From Bacteroidales bacterium (GTDB taxonomy: Bacteria; Bacteroidota; Bacteroidia; Bacteroidales; UBA3663), in NCBI GenBank assembly GCA_045639585.1, contig JAZUDJ010000034.1, forward strand, positions 1,303 to 65,302: a stretch of 64,000 nucleotides of DNA. Reading direction: 5' to 3'. Below the pieces are notes generated by a model. It was not told the DNA's origin. It ran no database searches and saw only the letters and a list, made by a program, of their open reading frames with translations. How positions within the stretch are numbered: the stretch's first letter is position 1; each line of letters starts with the position of its first letter. This document shows, in pieces, positions 57,794-64,000 of this stretch. A program made the position numbers and the translations under genes.

Positions 57794-58510
57794 TCAAATA
57801 CTTGTCAGCTCCAGTATCTTAGCAAACAGTGGCGTGAAGAGTGTATCATCGCCAAAAGCCAGACGCTCAGGATGGAACTGCACGGCGGCGATAGGGTAGG
57901 TGTCGGACTCTATGGCTTCAATAACTCCATCAGGAGATGTGGCAGTGACGCGGAGTGTGCGACCTAAGTCCTTAAGCGCCTGATGATGTGTGCTATTGAC
58001 ATAGGCTTTGTCGACTTGCAGCACTTGATAGAGTCGTGACTCCTTATTAATATATATATCATGCACTCCTGCCCATTCTGAATCCGGACGTGAGTGATTG
58101 ATCAGCGGAGCAAGGCCACGAGTGGTAGGATCGGGATATTCGGTCGGAAGGTCCTGATAGATTGTTCCCCCTAAAGCGATGTTGATGAGCTGATGGCCTC
58201 GGCAGATTCCCATGATGGGGAGTCTTCGCTGCAATGCCAGCTTGAACAGCAGCATCTCAAACTCATCACGTCTCTGGTTTGGGGTTCCTGCCAACGGAGA
58301 TTGTTCTTCTCCAAACCATTTCGCTTCAATGTCGCCACCTCCCATAAACAGGAGGACATCCAAGCCATCAAGCATCTGCTGACAAGTCTCCTCATCCATG
58401 TTATATGGAAGGACACGCACCTCATGGCCAACACGCTCCACAGCGTTGACATAATTGACAGGAACGATAGGCGGCTCCTGGGGACACGTATCTGGAAGGC
58501 CGATAATCAT
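57794..58510 (-). CDS. class I glutamine amidotransferase-like, peptidase C26 (gamma-glutamyl-GABA hydrolase family)
   Basis: GICRGHQLINIALGG nucleophile elbow, STHHQA, QFHPE. Confidence 0.8.
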   Translation of the reverse strand: MIIGLPDTCPQEPPIVPVNYVNAVERVGHEVRVLPYNMDEETCQQMLDGLDVLLFMGGGDIEAKWFGEEQSPLAGTPNQRRDEFEMLLFKLALQRRLPIMGICRGHQLINIALGGTIYQDLPTEYPDPTTRGLAPLINHSRPDSEWAGVHDIYINKESRLYQVLQVDKAYVNSTHHQALKDLGRTLRVTATSPDGVIEAIESDTYPIAAVQFHPERLAFGDDTLFTPLFAKILELTSI

Positions 58511-59736
58511 CCGAAGAACAAATAATTGACCAGAATAGCCGAAGTAATACCAATGAGGTCAGCCATCAATCCATACGCAGCTGCATAGCGGAATTTGCTT
58601 ACACCCACCGAACCAAAGTATACAGCAAGGATATACATAGTTGTATCCGTGCTTCCCTGGATGGTGCTACATACGTGTCCGACAAATGAATCCACACCGT
58701 AGGTCTGGAAGACGTCGAGCATCATGGCACGAGCACCAGCTCCGTTGAGTGGTTTGAGGATAGCGCAAGGCAAAGCTGGCACGAAATCCGTGTTGAATCC
58801 TAAATGTGCGAAGCACCAACCTAAGCCATCTGTAATATAGGTCAAAGCACCACACTCGCGGAAAAGGCTGATACCGACGAACATCGCAATCTGGTAGGGA
58901 ATGATAGTCACGACCGTCTGAAAACCCTCCTTCGCGCCTTCAACGAAAGTCGGGAAGAGTTCCACCTTCTTGCGGAGTCCTGCCAGCAGGAACAGCATGA
59001 TGGCACTGAAAAGCAATACATTACTGAAAACACTACTATACAGCGTCAACTGTTCTTGTGAAAGCGATGAGAAGAACCATCCAATGCCACCGATGGTAGC
59101 TGCTGCGCCGAGGAAAGTGCCGATGATGACAGGATCGAGCAACTTGACCTTCTGCTTGAGACAGCATAGGAACAAGGCTCCGAACGATGAGCAAGCCGTA
59201 GCAAGGAGCAATGGCAGGAAGACGTCTGACGGATTAGCTGCACCGAACTGAGCGCGGTACATCATGATCGAGATCGGGATGATGGTCACGCCAGAGGTAT
59301 TGAGCACCAGGAACATGATCATCGCATCGCTGGCCGTGTCTTTCTTCGTGTTGAGTTCCTGCATCTCCTTCATTGCCTTGAGTCCCATAGGTGTAGCTGC
59401 ATTGTCAAGGCCGAGCATGTTGGCACTGACATTCATCAGGATGCTACCCTGAGCAGGATGACCAGCTGGAATACCTGGGAAGATGCGAGAAAATAAAGGA
59501 TTGATGAGACGGCTGAATGCTGCAATGACACCGCCTTTCTCGCCGACTTTCATCAAGCCGAGCCAGAAACTCAGTACGCCCGTCAAGCCGAGACAGATCT
59601 CAAAAGCCTTGGCCGAGGAGGTGAATGATACATTCATCAGTCGCGACCATATCTCTGGATCTCCACCGACGGTTGAGATCAGGATGGCCGAGAGGAAAGC
59701 CACGACGAAAAACGAAAGCCAGATGTAATTTAGCAC
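58507..59736 (-). CDS. nucleoside-recognition-domain membrane protein (fused SpmA/SpmB-like)
   Basis: 409-aa polytopic protein with SpmA-like N- and SpmB-like C-halves. There is a 4-nt overlap with the downstream amidotransferase gene. Confidence 0.7.
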   Translation of the reverse strand: MLNYIWLSFFVVAFLSAILISTVGGDPEIWSRLMNVSFTSSAKAFEICLGLTGVLSFWLGLMKVGEKGGVIAAFSRLINPLFSRIFPGIPAGHPAQGSILMNVSANMLGLDNAATPMGLKAMKEMQELNTKKDTASDAMIMFLVLNTSGVTIIPISIMMYRAQFGAANPSDVFLPLLLATACSSFGALFLCCLKQKVKLLDPVIIGTFLGAAATIGGIGWFFSSLSQEQLTLYSSVFSNVLLFSAIMLFLLAGLRKKVELFPTFVEGAKEGFQTVVTIIPYQIAMFVGISLFRECGALTYITDGLGWCFAHLGFNTDFVPALPCAILKPLNGAGARAMMLDVFQTYGVDSFVGHVCSTIQGSTDTTMYILAVYFGSVGVSKFRYAAAYGLMADLIGITSAILVNYLFFG

Positions 59737-59771
59737 TTTCTAGTGAGGAATTAGGAGTGAGGAGTTAGGAA

Positions 59772-60566
59772 TTACTGCTTACCCGCAGCCTTCTTCAAAC
59801 CAGCAATAACCGCATGGTCAAAGCCTTCCTTGGTCATCTCATTGAGTCCCTTGATGGTAATACCGCCAGGGGTACAGACCTTATAGATCTCTGCGTCAGG
59901 CATAGTACCATTATGCTCGAGCAATGCCACAGCACCCTGCACCGTCTGATCGATCATCTGCTTAGCTACGTGTGGATAGAAGCCGAGCTCGATTGCTCCT
60001 TGGATAGCTGCACGGATATAAGCGAAAGCGTAGGCAATGCCACAAGAGGTGATAGCTGTACCAGCTGCCATGTGAGCCTCGTCGGTGACGATACTCTGTC
60101 CGAGTTCGTCGAAGATAGCCTTGACCAACTGCTGCTGAGCCTCGCTCATAGCCTCGTTGAAGCACATTAAGGTAGGACTCATCTTGATAGCAATAGCGGT
60201 ATTAGGGATGACGCGAGCCACAGGACGGATATCACCCGCCATCATAGTCGAGATCTGCTCGAAACTGATACCTGCAGCCACATTGATAATCATCGGATTT
60301 GACTGATTGATGGCAGGATAGATTTCCTCCAATACAGGTTGTACAAGCCAAGGCTTGATGCACAGTACGATGATGTTGGCACCTTCTGCTGCCTCACGGT
60401 TATTGAGCGTAGTGTTGATGGTAGGAATATCTGCCTTCAGTTTGTCGAGCGTGGCTTGTGTATGTGCTGTGACTACGATTTCTTCAGCCTTGATAATGCT
60501 ACCAGTGGCCATGCCACGAGCGATGGCACCGCCCATGTTGCCGGCACCGATGATTGCTACTTTCAT
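59772..60566 (-). CDS. proC: pyrroline-5-carboxylate reductase
   Basis: MKVAIIGAGNMGGAIARG and a C-terminal VCTPGGITIKGL motif. Confidence 0.92.
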   Translation of the reverse strand: MKVAIIGAGNMGGAIARGMATGSIIKAEEIVVTAHTQATLDKLKADIPTINTTLNNREAAEGANIIVLCIKPWLVQPVLEEIYPAINQSNPMIINVAAGISFEQISTMMAGDIRPVARVIPNTAIAIKMSPTLMCFNEAMSEAQQQLVKAIFDELGQSIVTDEAHMAAGTAITSCGIAYAFAYIRAAIQGAIELGFYPHVAKQMIDQTVQGAVALLEHNGTMPDAEIYKVCTPGGITIKGLNEMTKEGFDHAVIAGLKKAAGKQ

Positions 60567-60568
60567 AA

Positions 60569-61444
60569 TTAGAATACCTTAATATGTATATATTTCTTTG
60601 GATTAGCCTTGATGTCGTTGATCAACGAATCCACATCAGCAATGGTGCGGTTCAGCTGGTCATGAAGCTCGGTTGTATTGAGCATCTTACCCACGGTTCC
60701 GTCCTTGCTCTGCATCTGCTTAAGCAATTCGTTGGCTGTCTGCATGGTGGCGTTGGTGTTGGCCAACAGCTGCTTGATGTCTGCTTCCTTGGCCTGAACG
60801 CTCAACGTGTCGAGGTTGGCCGTAGCACTCTCAAGGTTGCTCATGATACCTGGCACGTCTTTGCGGAGTAGCTGGTTGAGCTGGTTGACGGTGGTGTTGA
60901 GATGCTGGGTCAATGCATTGATCTGCAGCAGGCTCTCCTGCATCTTGCTTTCGTTGACCAGGACATTGATGCCCGAGATCAGGGTGTCAATCTTTGGCAT
61001 GAGGCTGTTGATCTGGTCGACGATAGGATCAGCTTTCTCCATGAGGCTTGCCGATGCAGCTGGCGACTGAATGGTGTCCCAAGGAGTATAATACTGAGAG
61101 CTTTCGCCCATTTCAATGACCACATCCGATGTGCCCAGTAGTTCAGACTTGATACTAACACGGCTGTCTACAGGAATCTTCATGTCGCTGTCATAGATAT
61201 TAAGCAGAACGATGATGTTGTTCGATTTTGCATTATATTCCATCGAGCGTACCATACCTACCTTGAGACCATGTAAGGTGACATGGCTGGATACTGCCAA
61301 TCCGTCGACCTTATCGCAGGAAAGATAATAGAACTGACCCTCTTTGAAAGAGTTGATTCCCTTAAGGTATCGCATGCCATAGAACATGACAACGATAGCG
61401 ACAATGGCCCAGAAGCCAATTTTGAGTTCGTTATTGATCTTCAT
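60569..61444 (-). CDS. MlaD/MCE-family protein
   Basis: N-terminal TM helix, an MCE domain (VTLHGLKVGMV) and a long C-terminal coiled-coil-like tail. Confidence 0.8.
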   Translation of the reverse strand: MKINNELKIGFWAIVAIVVMFYGMRYLKGINSFKEGQFYYLSCDKVDGLAVSSHVTLHGLKVGMVRSMEYNAKSNNIIVLLNIYDSDMKIPVDSRVSIKSELLGTSDVVIEMGESSQYYTPWDTIQSPAASASLMEKADPIVDQINSLMPKIDTLISGINVLVNESKMQESLLQINALTQHLNTTVNQLNQLLRKDVPGIMSNLESATANLDTLSVQAKEADIKQLLANTNATMQTANELLKQMQSKDGTVGKMLNTTELHDQLNRTIADVDSLINDIKANPKKYIHIKVF

Positions 61445-61445
61445 A

Positions 61446-62675
61446 TTATTTCAGTTTATTCCCTTCGCTGTCAAACTTGACTGGGAAGGCGTCCTTAAAC
61501 AATTTCTTAACATACTGCAAATCCTTGTTCATCTGTGCACGGGACGTAGTGTTGCCGTATGTGTATTTATAAGCATTGCCATCTTTATAATACTGCACTG
61601 GCGAGAGTCCCTTCAGCTGTTTAGCATTAGCTTTTAGCTCAACGTCTGAGAGCAGGAACTGGATGCGATAATATACAGCGTCATCTTTTGCCGCAGCGGA
61701 TGGCGTATTTTTCTTCTCTGCGGGTTTAGTCTCTGCAGGTTTAGTCTCTGTGGGTTTTACCTCAGCTGGCTTTGTCTCCGTCTTTGCAGGCTTTTCTTCC
61801 ACAACAGGCTTTGTAGGTTGTTCTTCTATCTCCACTGTACCTACATTGCTCAACTGTCGCTTATCCCAATTCTTCTTATAGTTGCTGACAGCGTAATAGA
61901 TGCTTTGAGCAAAGTTGTCCTGTGCAGCATCACTGGTGATGAACTTTTCCTCGGCCAAATTGCTCATATAACCGAGCTCGATAAGGACGGCTGGCATAGG
62001 GGAGTAGCAGAGAACGAAAAGATTCTTTGGTCTTACGCCGCGATTATTTACATTCTTGGCATACGATGTTTTCTTGACTCCGTTGATAATGGCATTGTGC
62101 ACTGAGTTTGCAAACTCCAGACTCTGCTTATTGTGCTTCTCGCGCTGCGCCTGGCAGAGGATTTTGGTCTCAATATCAATGTCTGTATCGAAGTTGACCA
62201 GTTTGCCGTTGATGTCGAGGTTCTCACGCTCTTCCTCCATACGCTCCTTCAGTCGCTTCTGCTCATCCTCACGCTTGCCTTTCTCGCCAGATACGCCGAA
62301 GACATAAGTCTCAAAGCCACGTGCACTGGCATCAGGAGCAGCATTGACATGGATGGAAATAAACAGGTCGCCTTTAGCGTTCTTGGCAATCTGGGTACGG
62401 TCAGGGAGCGAAGGATAGATGTCCTTCTTACGGGTATAGACAACCTTTATATCAGAGTTGTTCTGTTCGATGAGCTTGCCGAGTTTGAGCGCCACATTGA
62501 GTGCGATGGTTTTCTCGTCCTGCTTGCATTTTCTATGAGGGGTTCCAACGTCTCCGCCGCCATGTCCAGGGTCAATGACCACAGTGAACTTGTTCTTAGC
62601 CTCTGCCACCATTGGTAGTGTAAAGGCAAAAAGTAGGATAAAGACGATCGAAATATATGTGTAAAGCGAGCGCAT
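61446..62675 (-). CDS. N-acetylmuramoyl-L-alanine amidase (Amidase_3) with a Lys/Pro/Thr repeat linker and a SPOR-like C-terminus
   Basis: VVIDPGHGGGDVGT, ISIHVNA, CYSPMPAVLIELGYMSN, the linker KPAKTETKPAEVKPTETKPAETKPAEKK and a C-terminal YYRIQF.. SPOR-like domain. Confidence 0.88.
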   Translation of the reverse strand: MRSLYTYISIVFILLFAFTLPMVAEAKNKFTVVIDPGHGGGDVGTPHRKCKQDEKTIALNVALKLGKLIEQNNSDIKVVYTRKKDIYPSLPDRTQIAKNAKGDLFISIHVNAAPDASARGFETYVFGVSGEKGKREDEQKRLKERMEEERENLDINGKLVNFDTDIDIETKILCQAQREKHNKQSLEFANSVHNAIINGVKKTSYAKNVNNRGVRPKNLFVLCYSPMPAVLIELGYMSNLAEEKFITSDAAQDNFAQSIYYAVSNYKKNWDKRQLSNVGTVEIEEQPTKPVVEEKPAKTETKPAEVKPTETKPAETKPAEKKNTPSAAAKDDAVYYRIQFLLSDVELKANAKQLKGLSPVQYYKDGNAYKYTYGNTTSRAQMNKDLQYVKKLFKDAFPVKFDSEGNKLK

Positions 62676-62701
62676 ATGTTCAATTTTACATTATTTGGGT
62701 G

Positions 62702-62709
62702 CAAAAATA
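62702..62709 (-). promoter_or_regulatory. -7 box TATTTTTG (minus strand) for the amidase-led operon
   Basis: Plus strand reads CAAAAATA, 27 nt upstream of the ATG at 62675. Confidence 0.5.
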
Positions 62710-62742
62710 GTAAAAAAATTTGTATCTTCGTCAAAAAGTGTC

Positions 62743-62750
62743 TATTTTTG
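62743..62750 (+). promoter_or_regulatory. -7 box TATTTTTG for aroE
   Basis: CTATTTTTGCGCC, 38 nt upstream of the ATG at 62788. Confidence 0.5.
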
Positions 62751-62787
62751 CGCCATCTTTAGAATAATTTGACAAAATTGATTGATT

Positions 62788-63555
62788 ATGACACTTAAAT
62801 ACGGTTTATTAGGCCATCCGCTCGGACATTCTTTCTCTCGCAAATTCCACAATGAGCGTTTCGAACGTTTGTCTATCGATGCAGAGTATGTGAACTTTGA
62901 TCTGGAGAGCGTTGACCTCCTCCCGGATGTTCTGGCCAATGAGCCTTCGCTTCGTGGCCTCAATGTGACTATCCCTTATAAGCAGCAGGTGATGCAGTTC
63001 CTCGATGAGCTTGACCCTGTGGCGGAGCGTATCGGAGCCGTCAACACCATCAAGGTTAGACGCGCACCAGAAGGGGCAAAGACCAAGCTCGCTGGTCTCT
63101 ACCTCAAAGGTTATAATACTGATATCATAGGATTCCGCGACAGCATCAAGCCGCTGCTTGGCGGAGTTGCTGGCAAGGCTCTTGTCCTTGGTACCGGTGG
63201 TGCCAGCCGCGCCGTCTGTGTAGCTCTCGAAGACATGGGTATTCAACCTGTCTATGTCAGTCGTTCCTCTGCTCCTGGACGCTTGACTTACGACGAATTG
63301 ACTCCAGAGATGATGGCAGATTATCCGGTCATCGTCAACTGTTCACCTGTCGGCATGTTCCCACACGTCGATGAGTGTCCGGCCATTCCTTACGAGGCTT
63401 TGACTCCTAATCATGTATGTTATGATTTGATCTATAATCCTGCTGAGACATTGTTCCTCGCCAAGGCCAAGGCTCAGGGAGCCAAGACAATGAGCGGTGG
63501 TGCTATGCTCGAAGGTCAGGCCATTGCCTCATACGGGATCTGGACAGAGGACTAA
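62788..63555 (+). CDS. aroE: shikimate dehydrogenase
   Basis: YGLLGHPLGHSFS, GLNVTIPYK, GAVNTI, LGTGGASRAV. Confidence 0.9.
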   Translation: MTLKYGLLGHPLGHSFSRKFHNERFERLSIDAEYVNFDLESVDLLPDVLANEPSLRGLNVTIPYKQQVMQFLDELDPVAERIGAVNTIKVRRAPEGAKTKLAGLYLKGYNTDIIGFRDSIKPLLGGVAGKALVLGTGGASRAVCVALEDMGIQPVYVSRSSAPGRLTYDELTPEMMADYPVIVNCSPVGMFPHVDECPAIPYEALTPNHVCYDLIYNPAETLFLAKAKAQGAKTMSGGAMLEGQAIASYGIWTED

Positions 63556-64000
63556 TCATTTCCATGTCTGCCAGTCACCCATCATAATGTCAGGATCTTC
63601 CTCCTCATCGGTGGCATTTCCTTTATGCTCGTTTTCAAGGTCTGTCAGTATTTCTCCCAGTGTCTTCTCATAGGTGCTGTTGGCTTCTTCTAGTAGATCC
63701 AGTACATGTAGTGCACATGCAACGGGTGGCTGGTCAATAGGGAACTTGACATCAACATGCATTAGACAGGCGCCATAAAGGCCAAGACTGAAATTCATCT
63801 GTCGCTCCAGATTTTCGTTCCCGTTTGGGATATAATAGCCTTCACTTTGTAGTGGCTTAAGATAGTCATGAAAGGTGAGGGCTTTCACTTTGCCCTCTAT
63901 ACCACTGATACTGAGGGTCCACATATCTTCTCCTAATTGTCCTACGTGAGCTTCTCGCTCAAGGTAGACTTGGCACTCAATCCCTCGGAATATATAATCC
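63556..64000 (-). CDS. hypothetical acidic protein (5' end beyond window edge)
   Basis: The minus-strand frame stays open from the stop at 63556 to nt 64000, so the track ORF 63556..63924 is only the first Met. No motif was recognised. Confidence 0.45.
   Translation of the reverse strand, partial: DYIFRGIECQVYLEREAHVGQLGEDMWTLSISGIEGKVKALTFHDYLKPLQSEGYYIPNGNENLERQMNFSLGLYGACLMHVDVKFPIDQPPVACALHVLDLLEEANSTYEKTLGEILTDLENEHKGNATDEEEDPDIMMGDWQTWK

Overview
This 64-kb chromosomal window looks like a Prevotella/Segatella-type Bacteroidota genome. The basis is a SusC/SusD pair, a hybrid two-component regulator, TAnnTTTG -7 promoter boxes, many lipobox proteins and a T9SS-like C-terminal tail. Gene order: the 3' part of ppdK; two exported lipoproteins; an 850-bp gene-less AT-rich gap; galE plus an alanine/cation symporter; a ~20-kb HTCS-controlled polysaccharide utilisation locus (PUL: GH51, two GH43, a GH88/105-DUF2264 fusion, SusC, SusD, a three-module surface lipoprotein); a TPP riboswitch with the thiS-E-G-C-F-H-tenI-D operon; a large GGDEF/EAL protein; DUF2851; a housekeeping string dapB-lepB-wbqC-dxs-trkA-trkH-ftsK; plsC; guaB; a cyclophilin; a minus-strand string GH97-glycerate kinase-GATase-SpmAB-proC-mlaD-amidase; aroE; and a partial hypothetical gene. 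I saw no rRNA, tRNA, CRISPR array, transposase, integrase or recognisable defence genes, and I found no convincing new multi-gene system. The most unusual signals are non-coding. (1) Two arrays of a 42-bp-periodic stem-loop repeat family sit 27 kb apart, each abutting the stop codon of a glycoside hydrolase gene. (2) A 37-bp GC-rich, G-quadruplex-capable inverted repeat brackets a bidirectional terminator, so the PUL has structured repeats at both ends. At protein level, the notable items are the GH88/105-DUF2264 fusion, the Trp-rich triple-module lipoprotein, an unusual GGDEF-EAL-PAS-GGDEF architecture and an exported flavodoxin-fold/GlcG-like lipoprotein pair. All family calls rest on motifs read by eye from the translations; no database search was run.
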